A stretch of DNA of 64,000 nt from Candidatus Saccharimonadales bacterium (GCA_040876925.1 JBBDOS010000004.1:37330-101329), one strand, 5' to 3'; positions 20,818-31,874 are shown, counted from the stretch's first letter. A program made the numbers and translations. The notes: a model not told the origin generated them from the letters alone.

Positions 20818-21585
20818 ATGAACAAGACAAAAGTGATCGTACTATCAGCAATAGCAATAATGTCGTTACTGCTGTTTATGATAGGTGCAGAATTTAAGCC
20901 ATTAGCAAACATTATTAATCCATTAGGGCAGAGGCTGCACAATATTGGTGTTCGAATTAACTCTGCTTCTAGCGAGCTTTTTCAAATAGGTACGTTAAAT
21001 AGTGAAATTAACCAGCAACAGGATCAGATAATTAAACTGCAACAACAGTTAGTAGACCAGCAATTATTAGAGCTAGAAAACAAACAACTTAGAGAAGAAC
21101 TGGGATTTATCAAGCAATCTGATTTTAGTTTCATACCAGCAGATGTTATTAATAATCACCCGGATCAATCAAGAAGGATGATACGTATTAATCTAGGTAG
21201 CGATGACGGTGTAGAGACTGATATGAGTGTTGTTTCTCGAGGGGTCTTAGTCGGAGTTATTGATGATGTTAGCAGTAGTTACTCCAGGGTAGTATTAGTT
21301 AATGATATTGATTTCAGAGCCTTGGTAGATGTCGGTGAATTAGATGGGGTATTAAGAGGCTATCCTGGTGGAGGGTTGGTGGTAGATAGGCTACTTGCCA
21401 ATAACGATATAGCTCCTGGAGACTTAGTTTATACTAACGGTAGAGATGGGATTCATCCTAGGGGGTTGTTGGTGGGAGCTATCAATAGTATTAACTCTGA
21501 ATCAGGGGATATCTTTAGTAGCGCCACTATAGAATATGCCTTGCCTAGCCAAAGATTAACATCGGTACTAGTAATACATGAGTAA
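20818..21585 (+). CDS. mreC: Rod shape-determining protein MreC
   Basis: TM helix, coiled coil (LENKQLR..L), beta-domain GDLVYTNG.DGIHPRGL; follows mreB. Confidence 0.88.
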   Translation: MNKTKVIVLSAIAIMSLLLFMIGAEFKPLANIINPLGQRLHNIGVRINSASSELFQIGTLNSEINQQQDQIIKLQQQLVDQQLLELENKQLREELGFIKQSDFSFIPADVINNHPDQSRRMIRINLGSDDGVETDMSVVSRGVLVGVIDDVSSSYSRVVLVNDIDFRALVDVGELDGVLRGYPGGGLVVDRLLANNDIAPGDLVYTNGRDGIHPRGLLVGAINSINSESGDIFSSATIEYALPSQRLTSVLVIHE

Positions 21586-22117
21586 ATACAAGGATAGCGA
21601 CCAATCTATAATTTCCATTTTGCTCAGCTCACATCTTGATCGCTATAAACAAATAGCTTGGGTAATAGTTGCCTTCTTGGCAGTCATGATAGAGGGATAC
21701 TTGCTGCCGGCACTAATATTAACGCCGCCATCTTTACTAATTGTAATTATTATCCTAACTGTTTATGGGTTAAAGATTAGTTTATGGCCAAATATTTTAG
21801 TTCTAGTTTTATTCTTAGGTCTTATTCTGGACTTATCATATCTGGAGCCAGTTGGGATTAATATGATAGTAGCTTTAGTGATAGTGGGTATGGTTCATCT
21901 CTGGGATAGAGTAGGCTTTTTAGCTCCTCAGCTAGCTCGCTTGTTAGTTGTTATATTAACTATTGTATTGGTTGAGGTCCTGATTAAGGCTGCTATTTTG
22001 TATCTGGCAGGCACTTTATTCTTCGATATAAGCCAAACTATCTATACTGTCTTGATTCGTACAACTTTAACTACTCTACTGACCTGGCTATCGCTAAAAT
22101 TTGTTTTACGCAAATAA
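21578..22117 (+). CDS. mreD: MreD-like membrane protein
   Basis: 5 TM segments, GLILD motif, position between mreC and mrdA. Confidence 0.6.
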   Translation: MSKYKDSDQSIISILLSSHLDRYKQIAWVIVAFLAVMIEGYLLPALILTPPSLLIVIIILTVYGLKISLWPNILVLVLFLGLILDLSYLEPVGINMIVALVIVGMVHLWDRVGFLAPQLARLLVVILTIVLVEVLIKAAILYLAGTLFFDISQTIYTVLIRTTLTTLLTWLSLKFVLRK

Positions 22118-22176
22118 TTTATCTTAAATGAGCTAAGTTTTTAGGCAGTGTAGAGTGGGGGTATATAATATTAAAT

Positions 22177-24114
22177 ATGAGAAAGCTTAGACTAAAACAA
22201 AACCTAAGAATAGACGGCATATCTAGTAAAGCCCATCTAGATAGTGATATTAAACGTTCTAGTATCTGGGCAGATAGTTTAGTTGTAGGTGGTTATAATT
22301 CTCAGCAAGCTACTTCAGCACCCATAATCAATAAACCAGCTATCATCTCCATATTATTAGTAGCAGCTATTTTGCTCATGGCTCTATTCTGGCAACTATT
22401 TAATTTGCAAATAGTGGAAGGGGAGAGAATGTTAGGTATAGCTGAGGGTAATCGAGTACGTCAACATGTAGACTTGAGTCCTAGGGGTAGAATCGTTGAT
22501 CGTAATGGGGTTGTTCTAGCCAGCAATACTGCTAGCTTCCAATTGTCTATACTCCCTCATCTACTACCTGATAATTCCGATGAAAGACAGCAGCTGTATC
22601 AGGACGTAACCAAGTATCTAGATATTACCGTAGATGAGATAGAAGGTATCTTAGTAGAGAAGAGCGCGGATTACACAGGCATGATATTAATAGCTGAGCG
22701 TATTGATAGAGAAACTGCTTTGATACTAGAGAGCGTATTGCCTGAACATGGTGCTTTTAGTTTAAGTGCTATGCCTATTAGAGAATATAAATCAGATGCA
22801 GCTTTGTCGCACATATTAGGTTATGTTGGACGAGTTTCCCAAGCTGATTTAGATGCTAAAGCAGATTTATACCCACTAGATTTTATTGGTAAATCTGGGA
22901 TTGAAGCTCAGTATGATGATATTTTAAGAGGCTCAAATGGAGTCATAGAAACAGAAGTAGATTCTTCTGGTAGGCCACTTAGAACTATTCAAGAAGTATC
23001 GGGTGTTACTGGAAGGGACGTGGTCTTAAGTATTGATTATGAACTACAAAAACAGTTAAAAGAATCGTTAGAAAAATACATGAAGGAAGCAGATAGCAAC
23101 CAGGCTTCTGGTGTGGTTATGGATGTTAATAGCGGAGATATTTTAGCTAGCGTATCTTTGCCGGCTTATGATAATAACTTATTCGCTAAAGGCATTGAGC
23201 CTAATGAATATCAGGACTTAGTATCTAATTCTGGTATGCCAATGTTTAATCGAGTCATATCAGCTGGCTATCCTACTGGCTCTACTATCAAACCTATTAC
23301 ATTAACGGGGGCATTAGAAAATAATGTGGTTGATGAGAATACAATTATTAACGACGTAGGTAGAATAGTTTTAACTAGCCAATATGATCCGTCTGCGACT
23401 TTTGAGTTTGCTAGCTGGAACCCCAATGGCTTAGGCCCGATGGATGCCAGGAGCGCCATAGCTATGAGTTCTAATATATATTTCTATACTGTAGCCGGTG
23501 GATACCAGTCCTTTAACGGTATGGGTATAAGCGCACTAGAGAAAACATATCGGATGTTTGGACTGGGTGCCAGAACTAATATAGATATACCAGGAGAGTC
23601 TACCGGAATGGTGCCTTCGCCAGCATGGAAGGAAGACCAAATTGGAGAAGCTTGGTTCACAGGTGACACCTATAACCTAGCTATAGGACAAGGCTTTTTA
23701 TCAGTATCACCATTACAGTTAGCTAGAGCCTACGCAGCTATTGTAAATGGCGGCAAGTTAATTCAACCAAGATTGAATACGGGTACAGATACAGTAATAA
23801 GCGATAGATTAAATGTAGATCCTAAACATTTTAAAATAGTTCAAGAGGGAATGTTGCAGGTTCTTTCTTCTCAAGGCACTGCCTCACCAGCTATATTTGC
23901 TAATGTTAACGCTACAGTAGCTGGTAAAAGCGGTACAGCTGAGACTAATCCCGAAGAAGAGGATAGTAGGCCGCATGCTTGGTTTGGCGCTTACGCACCA
24001 TATGAGAATCCAGAGATTGTCTCAGTAGTTATGTTAGAAGAAGGAGAAAACGGTACTCTATATGCTGCACCAGTAATATCTGAAGTATTTGCCAAACATT
24101 TTGGCAGTTCTTAA
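22177..24114 (+). CDS. mrdA: Penicillin-binding protein 2
   Basis: PRGRIVDRNG, STIK (SxxK), SSN (SxN), KSG; follows mreBCD. Confidence 0.93.
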   Translation: MRKLRLKQNLRIDGISSKAHLDSDIKRSSIWADSLVVGGYNSQQATSAPIINKPAIISILLVAAILLMALFWQLFNLQIVEGERMLGIAEGNRVRQHVDLSPRGRIVDRNGVVLASNTASFQLSILPHLLPDNSDERQQLYQDVTKYLDITVDEIEGILVEKSADYTGMILIAERIDRETALILESVLPEHGAFSLSAMPIREYKSDAALSHILGYVGRVSQADLDAKADLYPLDFIGKSGIEAQYDDILRGSNGVIETEVDSSGRPLRTIQEVSGVTGRDVVLSIDYELQKQLKESLEKYMKEADSNQASGVVMDVNSGDILASVSLPAYDNNLFAKGIEPNEYQDLVSNSGMPMFNRVISAGYPTGSTIKPITLTGALENNVVDENTIINDVGRIVLTSQYDPSATFEFASWNPNGLGPMDARSAIAMSSNIYFYTVAGGYQSFNGMGISALEKTYRMFGLGARTNIDIPGESTGMVPSPAWKEDQIGEAWFTGDTYNLAIGQGFLSVSPLQLARAYAAIVNGGKLIQPRLNTGTDTVISDRLNVDPKHFKIVQEGMLQVLSSQGTASPAIFANVNATVAGKSGTAETNPEEEDSRPHAWFGAYAPYENPEIVSVVMLEEGENGTLYAAPVISEVFAKHFGSS

Positions 24115-24255
24115 GTAGACTCCAGCCTAGTAATAGTGGTTGCTCAGGTAGGGTTAACACTATAAATAATGTAGGGCTTGCTAAATGGTTTCTATGTGCT
24201 AGAATTTATCAACCAGTAATATTATGTAAGAGTTTAGATAAGGCAGGAGTTTGCC

Positions 24256-24714
24256 ATGGGAAGAGCACACCATTTAACTAGTATCGGTTTAGAAAAACTA
24301 GAAGAAGAGCTATCAAAGCTTAAAGCTAGACGTTCTCAAGTAGCTGCTAAGATTAAAGAAGCTAAAGCAGAAGGTGATTTAAGCGAAAACGCTGACTATA
24401 CTAGTGCTAGAGGAGAACAGGACTATGTTCTTAGTAGAATTGCTGAAATAGAGTCCATCTTACAAAACGCAATCATCATATCTGATCCTAAGAATAATAG
24501 CGCGGTAGAGCTAGGTAATAAAGTAGAACTAACTTGTGATGGCAAGAAGGTAATATACACAGTGGTTGGTTCTCTAGAGTCTGATCCAACTGCCGGTAAG
24601 ATATCGCATGAATCTCCGATAGGTAAGGCGCTATTAGGATCTAAGGTTGGCGATGCAGTAGAGATTGTAATACCTAGCGGCAAAAGAACTTGTAAAGTTA
24701 CCAAAATCAGTTAA
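24256..24714 (+). CDS. greA: Transcription elongation factor GreA
   Basis: EGDLSENADY, IS.ESPIGKALLG. Confidence 0.95.
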   Translation: MGRAHHLTSIGLEKLEEELSKLKARRSQVAAKIKEAKAEGDLSENADYTSARGEQDYVLSRIAEIESILQNAIIISDPKNNSAVELGNKVELTCDGKKVIYTVVGSLESDPTAGKISHESPIGKALLGSKVGDAVEIVIPSGKRTCKVTKIS

Positions 24715-24752
24715 TATATACCACTTAAGTCCTGTATAATAGATATTTAAGT

Positions 24753-26012
24753 ATGTTAGATATTAACTTCATTAGAGAAAATAAAGAAGCAGTCGAGGAA
24801 AGCGCTAAAAGTAGAAATGTATCAGTAGATATCAATGAGCTTTTAGATCTTGATGAGCAGCGTAGGGATTTACATAGGCAAGTTGAAGATTTAAGATCTC
24901 AGCGCAATCAACTTTCATCGCATAATTCGTCTAAACCAACCAAAGAAGATATTAAATTAGCCTCAGATATTAAAACTAAGCTAGCCAAATTAGAACCTGA
25001 ACTCAAAAACGTAGAAGATAGTTACCTAGAACTTCTACTTCAAGTACCCAATATTAATGATAAGAGCGTGCCTATTGCTGATACTGAGGATGGCAATGAA
25101 GTTATTAGTAGTTGGGGTGAGGTAACGGAGTTTGATTTTGAACCCAAAAATCATTTAGAGTTAGGCGAATCACTTGATTTAATTGATACGAAAACAGCTA
25201 GTTTCACTAGCGGCTCAAGATTTTATTATCTTAAGAATGAGGCAGTGTTATTGGAGTTTGCTCTAGTTCAGTGGTTACTAGGTAAGTATGTAGATAAAGG
25301 GTTTATACCAGTTACAACGCCACAGCTAGTTAAAGAGCATATGATGGTAGCTACTGGGTTTTTCCCAGCTGAGGAGAACGAGATTTACCATGTCAATCCA
25401 GAAGACGACGACCTGTATCTGGTAGGCACTTCAGAAGTTCCTCTGGCTGGTCTCCATATGAAAGAGCCTATCATGGCAGCGGATTTACCCAAGAGATACG
25501 TCGGTTTTTCCACCTGTTTTCGTAGAGAAGCCGGTAGTTACGGCAAAGACACCCAAGGGATACTTAGAGTACACCAGTTTGATAAAATGGAGATGTACTC
25601 TTTCACTCATCCAGACAATTCTAAAGAAGAACACGATTTCTTGCTTAGCCTAGAAGAAGAGATTCTTCAAGAGCTTAAATTGCCATATCAAGTAGTTAAT
25701 ATCTGCAGTGGCGATCTTGGCTCTCCAGCCGCTAAGAAGTATGACTGCGAGGTATGGATTCCATCCCAGGGCAAATACAGAGAGCTAACTAGCTGCTCTA
25801 ACACTACAGACTATCAGTCACGTCGAGGCGGCATTAAATATCGCAATCAAGACGGCAAGCTAGAGCATGCACATACCCTAAATGGGACTGCTATGGCTTC
25901 AACCAGAACTATAATAGCTATTCTAGAGAATTATCAAACCAAAGATGGCAGCGTTAGGGTGCCAGAGGTGCTGCAGCCATATATAAATAAGAAGGAGATA
26001 AGTATAAAATGA
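24753..26012 (+). CDS. serS: Serine--tRNA ligase
   Basis: MLDINFIR, GTSEVPL, CFRREAGSYG, ELTSCSN, HTLNGT. Confidence 0.97.
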   Translation: MLDINFIRENKEAVEESAKSRNVSVDINELLDLDEQRRDLHRQVEDLRSQRNQLSSHNSSKPTKEDIKLASDIKTKLAKLEPELKNVEDSYLELLLQVPNINDKSVPIADTEDGNEVISSWGEVTEFDFEPKNHLELGESLDLIDTKTASFTSGSRFYYLKNEAVLLEFALVQWLLGKYVDKGFIPVTTPQLVKEHMMVATGFFPAEENEIYHVNPEDDDLYLVGTSEVPLAGLHMKEPIMAADLPKRYVGFSTCFRREAGSYGKDTQGILRVHQFDKMEMYSFTHPDNSKEEHDFLLSLEEEILQELKLPYQVVNICSGDLGSPAAKKYDCEVWIPSQGKYRELTSCSNTTDYQSRRGGIKYRNQDGKLEHAHTLNGTAMASTRTIIAILENYQTKDGSVRVPEVLQPYINKKEISIK

Positions 26013-26374
26013 TTAATTTAGATATAGCCGGCGTACATATTGAAGTAACCGATCAAATGGAGAAATACGTGGGCAAAAAGATTGGTAAATTAGATAAGTA
26101 CATGCCCAAAAATTCTCGCATCCCAACTAATGGTAAAGTTATTCTAAGTTCTGAGCAGGGTAAGGCCAGTGATAAGTATAGCGCTGAAGTAATTATTACC
26201 TACCCAGGCGGCGAGGCAACTTCTAAAGAATCTACTGTCAGTATCTATGCGGCTATCGATATAGTCGAAGAGAAGCTAAAGGCTCAGATATTAAAACACA
26301 AAGATAAAGTTCAAGATAAGTCTAGAGCCCATAAGACCTTGCGTCGATTGAAGAACTTTAGACCAAGTAGGTAA
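26009..26374 (+). CDS. hpf: Ribosome hibernation promoting factor (HPF/RaiA)
   Basis: YV.KKIGKLDKY, YAAID.VEEKL..Q..K.K; upstream of secA. Confidence 0.88.
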   Translation: MINLDIAGVHIEVTDQMEKYVGKKIGKLDKYMPKNSRIPTNGKVILSSEQGKASDKYSAEVIITYPGGEATSKESTVSIYAAIDIVEEKLKAQILKHKDKVQDKSRAHKTLRRLKNFRPSR

Positions 26375-26432
26375 TTTCTAGGGTGTTTAACCCTATAAAC
26401 TAACCCTTAATTCCTATATAGTATACGATGTA

Positions 26433-29048
26433 ATGAAGAAGATATTGACGAAGATTTTTGACCCTGGCAGTAAACAGCTGAGGCAAATTCAACCACTAGT
26501 AGATCAGACTAATGACCTAGAAGCTGGAATCAAAAGCTTAAACGATAAAGACTTAGCGGCCAAGACAACTGAATTTAAAAATCGCTTAGAAAAAGATGAG
26601 ACTCTAGATGATATTTTGCCTGAAGCTTTTGCGGTAGTTAGAGAAGTAGCTAGACGTAAACTAGAACAAAGACATTTTGACGTACAGTTACTCGGCGGCA
26701 TAGTTTTGCATAAAGGTGATATTGCCGAGATGCGTACCGGTGAGGGTAAAACTTTAGTGGCTACATTACCAATTTATCTAAACGCTCTTAGTGGTAAAGG
26801 AGTGCATCTAGTCACCGTTAATGATTATCTAGCTCGTCGTGATGCTGGTTGGATGGCAGATATTTATGCTTTCCTAGGACTTAGCGTCGGTGTCCTTACT
26901 GGTGGTAATAAGGGTTTTATATATGATCCAGAGACAGTAGATGAATCTCATAGCGATCCTAGATTGCAACCATTTCGCGAAGTCCCCAAAAAAGAAACCT
27001 ATGCTTGCGATATTGTTTATGGTACCAATAACGAATTTGGTTTCGATTATCTGAGAGACAACATGGCGCCAAATAAAGACGCTATGGTGCAACGGGAATT
27101 AAGTTTTGCCATAGTTGATGAAGTTGACTCTATCTTAATCGATGAGGCTAGGACGCCTTTAATTATATCTGCCCCGGCTGATAAGAGCACCGATACCTAC
27201 CAGCAGTTTGCTACTATTGCCAAACAGCTAAAAGAGGGTGATCACTACAGTGTGGATGAGAAACAGCGGGCAGTTAGTTTAACTGATGATGGAGTCAGTA
27301 AAGTTGAACAGATATTAGGGGTTGATAATCTTTATGATCCAGAATTTGTCCAATCTATATTCCACTTAGAACAAGCTCTCAAAGCAAAGGTTTTATTTAA
27401 GAAGGATAAAAACTATGTAGTTAGAGACGGCGAAGTGATTATAGTCGATGAGTTTACCGGCAGACTAATGGCCGGTAGACGCTATAGCGAAGGGTTGCAT
27501 CAAGCTATTGAAGCTAAAGAAGGAGTTAGGGTATTACAGGAATCTGTCACCCTAGCTACTGTCAGTTTCCAGAACTACTTTCGTTTGTATGACAAATTAG
27601 CTGGTATGACCGGTACGGCTAAAACTGAGGAAGAAGAGTTTCAAAACATCTACAATCTAGATGTAGCAGAGGTGCCCACCAACCAACCAGCCATCAGAAC
27701 TGATTTATCAGATAGAATTTACAAAACTGAAGATGCTAAATTCAATGCTATCGTCAAAGACGTGACTGAGAGGCAGGCAAGAGGTCAGCCAGTCTTAATC
27801 GGTACAGTTTCAATCGAGAGAAACGAGATTATTTCCGAAAAGCTTAGCAAAGCTGGTATAAACCATGAAGTATTAAATGCTAAGAATAACGAACAAGAAG
27901 CCGATATTATTGAGCAGGCTGGCCAGCCAGGAGTTGTCACGTTAGCTACCAACATAGCTGGTCGTGGTACAGATATAGTCTTAGGCGAAGGGGTTGTAGA
28001 ACAGGGAGGTCTGCATGTTCTAGGTTCTGAAAGACATGAATCGAGAAGAATTGACAACCAGTTGAGAGGTCGTACCGGACGTCAAGGCAATCCTGGCAGT
28101 ACCCAGTTCTATGTCAGTTTGGAAGATGAAATTATGCGGATTTTTGGCGGTGAGAGAATATCTAATTTGATGGGTTCCTTAGGTGTAGATGAGGATACCC
28201 CTATAGAAAACAATATGGTTTCTAAAGCTATAGAAAATGCTCAAAAAAGAGTAGAATCACACAACTACGACATCAGAAAAAACGTGCTGCAGTATGACGA
28301 TGTTATGAATCGTCACCGTGAAGCTATTTATGCCAGGCGCCGCAACATACTAGAGGAAAAGCCACTTAAAGAAGATATATTAGCTATGGTTGATGGTGAG
28401 ATTCGTCACGCCATAGAAGTCCATAGTGACGTAGAGGATGAGGAGATTAAGCGACCAGATTTATTTAAATATCTAGGTGGTTTTATCCAAGTTAAGGAAT
28501 CAGAATTTAAGGACGTTGATGATAATGATCTAGTCGATAAGCTAACAGAAAAGGCCAGGAAACTATATGAAGCCAGAGAGAAAGAGTTTGACGAAGAAAT
28601 AATGCGCACTATTGAAAGGCATACCTACTTACAAGCTCTTGATAGATTATGGATGGATCATCTAGAAGCTATGGATCACTTGCGCCAAGGTATCCATTTA
28701 CGCAGTGTCGGTCAGCGCGACCCACTAGTAGAATACAAGAAAGAATCTCATATCATGTTTAACAATCTAGAAGCTAATATTGAGCGAGAAGTAGCTACTA
28801 CCATATACCGCATGGTGCCCAGGCAACAAACAGCAGAAGAGGCTCAGGAAACGGAGCTAACTAGAGCCGCTGAAAATGCTCAGATATTTAGGAGTAATAA
28901 TGGTGGTCAAGGCTCTTCACGAGGCAGCGGCACTGTCGCTACAGTTCGTAAGGGCGATAAGGTAGGGCGTAACGATCCTTGTCCGTGCGGTTCGGGGTTG
29001 AAATATAAGAAATGCGCTCTAATTAATGCGCCGGAACATAAAGGGTAA
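26433..29048 (+). CDS. secA: Preprotein translocase ATPase SecA
   Basis: MRTGEGKT, DEVDSILIDEART, RRIDNQLRGR, SEC-C GRNDPCPCGSG. Confidence 0.98.
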   Translation: MKKILTKIFDPGSKQLRQIQPLVDQTNDLEAGIKSLNDKDLAAKTTEFKNRLEKDETLDDILPEAFAVVREVARRKLEQRHFDVQLLGGIVLHKGDIAEMRTGEGKTLVATLPIYLNALSGKGVHLVTVNDYLARRDAGWMADIYAFLGLSVGVLTGGNKGFIYDPETVDESHSDPRLQPFREVPKKETYACDIVYGTNNEFGFDYLRDNMAPNKDAMVQRELSFAIVDEVDSILIDEARTPLIISAPADKSTDTYQQFATIAKQLKEGDHYSVDEKQRAVSLTDDGVSKVEQILGVDNLYDPEFVQSIFHLEQALKAKVLFKKDKNYVVRDGEVIIVDEFTGRLMAGRRYSEGLHQAIEAKEGVRVLQESVTLATVSFQNYFRLYDKLAGMTGTAKTEEEEFQNIYNLDVAEVPTNQPAIRTDLSDRIYKTEDAKFNAIVKDVTERQARGQPVLIGTVSIERNEIISEKLSKAGINHEVLNAKNNEQEADIIEQAGQPGVVTLATNIAGRGTDIVLGEGVVEQGGLHVLGSERHESRRIDNQLRGRTGRQGNPGSTQFYVSLEDEIMRIFGGERISNLMGSLGVDEDTPIENNMVSKAIENAQKRVESHNYDIRKNVLQYDDVMNRHREAIYARRRNILEEKPLKEDILAMVDGEIRHAIEVHSDVEDEEIKRPDLFKYLGGFIQVKESEFKDVDDNDLVDKLTEKARKLYEAREKEFDEEIMRTIERHTYLQALDRLWMDHLEAMDHLRQGIHLRSVGQRDPLVEYKKESHIMFNNLEANIEREVATTIYRMVPRQQTAEEAQETELTRAAENAQIFRSNNGGQGSSRGSGTVATVRKGDKVGRNDPCPCGSGLKYKKCALINAPEHKG

Positions 29049-29060
29049 TTTTTAAATACT

Positions 29061-30386
29061 ATGAGCAAGGTAGCAATCCTAGGATTTGGCATAGAAGGTA
29101 AGTCTGCTTATCTCTATTTTAAGTCTTTAGATCATGAGATTACTATCTGTGATAACAATGAGGATTTAGAGTTGCCTGCAGGGGTCAACTCTCAATTAGG
29201 AGCTAACTATTTAGATAACTTAGACAAATTTGATTTAATCATCAGATCTCCAGGAGTGTTGCCATATAGTTTTGAGACTAAAACCGAAGTCACTACTGTT
29301 ATGAATGAGTTTTTAGCTAGAGCTAGAGCCAAAAAGATAATAGGTGTGACTGGCAGTAAGGGTAAAGGCACTACGACAGCTCTTATTGATGAGATACTAA
29401 AAACTGCTGATTTAAGCACTTTTCTTGGTGGCAATATCGGCACTCCACCACTAGATTTTATCAATCAAGTTACAGTAGATGATTATGTTGTCTTAGAGAT
29501 GAGTAATTTACAGCTTTGGGATATTAAACACAGTCCAGATATTGCAGTGCTATTAATGATAACTGCTGATCATATGGATTGGCACAGAGGCAATATGGAT
29601 GAGTACGTGGCTATTAAAGGTAATATTACTAAATTTCAAGATAGTAATGGCTTACTTATCCATCACCCCAGCAATGAATATGTTTTAAATATAGCTAGAA
29701 GTAGTAAAGCTAGAGCCAGGAAGTTTCTGGATGTTCAGTCTGCCTGGGTTGATAAGGGCATGATTATGTATCAGACTAAAGCGATTTGTAGCAGAGATGA
29801 AATTAACTTAATCGGTGATCACAATTTAGAGAATGTCTGTGCAGCTATAGCTGCTAGTTGGGATATATTAATGGATGAACTGGGAGATGAGACTAAGACG
29901 ATAGCAGTGCTAAAAGAAGCTCTCAAAAGCTATCAAGGATTACCTCATAGACTAGAGTTAATAACCCAAAAAGGCGAGATTAGATTCTATGATGATTCTA
30001 TCGGCACTACTCCCGAAGCTACCATAGCAGCAATTAGAGCTTTTAATGAAGATAAAGCTTTGATTATGGGTGGGTCAGATAAAGGAACAGACTTTGATGA
30101 ACTAGCTAAAGTTATCGCAGCTGATAAACAGATTAAATCAATATCACTAATTGGCAGTACGACTACTAAGATTAAAAAGTCTTTATTAGCAGCCAGTTAT
30201 AGTGGTGAGCTTCACGAGGTTGCCGGCAACGCTAATGAGGTGATGCTGAAGGCTGTATATCTAGCCAATTCATCCTTAGCAGGTAAGGGGGTAGTGCTAT
30301 TAGCGCCAGCCTGTGCTAGCTTTGATTTATTCAAGGACTATCAGGCAAGAGGCGAAGAATTTAAAAACGCTGTAGCCAGTATTTAG
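29061..30386 (+). CDS. murD: UDP-MurNAc-L-Ala--D-Glu ligase
   Basis: ILGFGIEG, GVTGSKGKGTT, GGNIG, PHRLE, LLAPACASFD.F..Y..RG. Confidence 0.94.
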   Translation: MSKVAILGFGIEGKSAYLYFKSLDHEITICDNNEDLELPAGVNSQLGANYLDNLDKFDLIIRSPGVLPYSFETKTEVTTVMNEFLARARAKKIIGVTGSKGKGTTTALIDEILKTADLSTFLGGNIGTPPLDFINQVTVDDYVVLEMSNLQLWDIKHSPDIAVLLMITADHMDWHRGNMDEYVAIKGNITKFQDSNGLLIHHPSNEYVLNIARSSKARARKFLDVQSAWVDKGMIMYQTKAICSRDEINLIGDHNLENVCAAIAASWDILMDELGDETKTIAVLKEALKSYQGLPHRLELITQKGEIRFYDDSIGTTPEATIAAIRAFNEDKALIMGGSDKGTDFDELAKVIAADKQIKSISLIGSTTTKIKKSLLAASYSGELHEVAGNANEVMLKAVYLANSSLAGKGVVLLAPACASFDLFKDYQARGEEFKNAVASI

Positions 30387-30463
30387 ACGATGCTTTAGAA
30401 TGTATAAAACAGCTTAAAAATACCCCCTAGTATTTAATTAGGGGCAGGAGAGGTATTCTTTTC

Positions 30464-31723
30464 ATGAAACACAATATTAAAGAAATAACGCTCAAGAATG
30501 GAGCTAAGGGACTACTTATTAATGTGCCAGGAGCTTCGGTAGTGAGAATGTTAGTCGAGTTTCGGGCGGGATTTGATCTAGGCAGTCAAGATAAGTATGA
30601 GTTACCTCACGTTACAGAGCATATGATGTTTACTAATAAGGCTTATCCAAAGCCTAGAGCTTTTTCTAGAGAGATTGAAAAGAACGGCGCTATTAATAAC
30701 GCTTCCACAAGTTCTACTAGCCTAAAGTATTTTTATGAATGTGCTAACTTTGAAGCAGAAAGGATAGCAGATTTGCTATCTATTCAAATAGCTCAACCAC
30801 TTTTTGACGAGAAAGAACTAAAAACTGAACTAGGTAACGTAGCCGAAGAATTAAGTTCTTATATATCCAACCCAGCTTACGCTAGCGGCTATAACTTAAG
30901 GGTTGCTGCTGAAGGGGAGCCCACTTTAGAAACTAGAATAGAGCAACTATCTAGCGTTAAAGCTGAGGATCTATATAGCTATTATGATAAAACTCACTCA
31001 GCCGATAATATGCGCTTTATTATTGCAGGTGATCAAGGGTTAGAATCTATATCAAATCAGCTTGCTGAATCCGGCCTAAAATCAGGCAAGAGATTAGATC
31101 TGCCAGAGATTCCTACCAAGCATGTAGATAAACCAGTAGTTGAAATTAGGGATATACCGCAAATTTATTACCAGCTCTTTAGCGCTCACAACAAACCTTT
31201 GAGTTACAGGCAGTTAGTAGCTGCTAGGATACTATCAGGATTGTTATCCGATGGTTTCAGTTCTACTTTACTAGGTTTAGCTAGAGAGAAGGGTTTGGTG
31301 TATGGTATGTACACCGATATAGAGTCAAGTAACTATAACTCTGGATTTATGATGGGTGGCTCCGTATCGCCTAGTAATATCGATGAATATATTGATTTAG
31401 TTGTTGATGAGATAAGCAAGGTTCTAAGAGGCGAGGTAGATGCCGACCACTTTGAATCTACTAAGAAGCTATTACTAGGCCAGCGAGCTTTGCAGTATCA
31501 GAAACTAAGTAATTTAGTTAGTTATTACGATTCTTACTTTACTATAGGGTATCAGCCATTTAATGAATTTAATAAGCTTATAGAAGAAGTTAGTTTAGAG
31601 GAGGCGATCCAGGAGTTTAACAAACTGTTTGCTCAAAAAACCTGGGGGGTTAGCTTCTTAGGTAATATAGATGATAAGCAGGCTGCCAAACACTACAAGA
31701 AACTAGCTAGTATCTGGAGATAG
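30464..31723 (+). CDS. M16 (pitrilysin/insulinase) family zinc peptidase
   Basis: HVTEH (HxxEH) motif, NAST, downstream EE; REKGLVY in the C-terminal half. Confidence 0.85.
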   Translation: MKHNIKEITLKNGAKGLLINVPGASVVRMLVEFRAGFDLGSQDKYELPHVTEHMMFTNKAYPKPRAFSREIEKNGAINNASTSSTSLKYFYECANFEAERIADLLSIQIAQPLFDEKELKTELGNVAEELSSYISNPAYASGYNLRVAAEGEPTLETRIEQLSSVKAEDLYSYYDKTHSADNMRFIIAGDQGLESISNQLAESGLKSGKRLDLPEIPTKHVDKPVVEIRDIPQIYYQLFSAHNKPLSYRQLVAARILSGLLSDGFSSTLLGLAREKGLVYGMYTDIESSNYNSGFMMGGSVSPSNIDEYIDLVVDEISKVLRGEVDADHFESTKKLLLGQRALQYQKLSNLVSYYDSYFTIGYQPFNEFNKLIEEVSLEEAIQEFNKLFAQKTWGVSFLGNIDDKQAAKHYKKLASIWR

Positions 31724-31833
31724 AACACAATTTAATTAGCGTAATAAACCCCAGTGATTTATAAAAGTATTCAAATTATTATTTAGGGATAAAATACTTT
31801 ACTCAAATTATATATTATCCATACTTAGTTTAC

Positions 31834-31862
31834 TTGACAGTATGGTATAAAAATGTTAATGT
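31834..31862 (+). promoter_or_regulatory. Sigma70-type promoter (TTGACA-17-TAATGT, extended -10)
   Basis: TTGACA at 31834-39, TG at 31854-55, TAATGT at 31857-62; a second TTGACA at 31923. Confidence 0.65.
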
Positions 31863-31874
31863 TTTAATATCTAT

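Noticed and set aside
22146-22170. GTGTAG/GTGGGG upstream of mrdA as MraZ boxes
   Set aside because: Spacing differs from the 10-bp period and the match to the AGTGGGTA unit at mraZ is weak.
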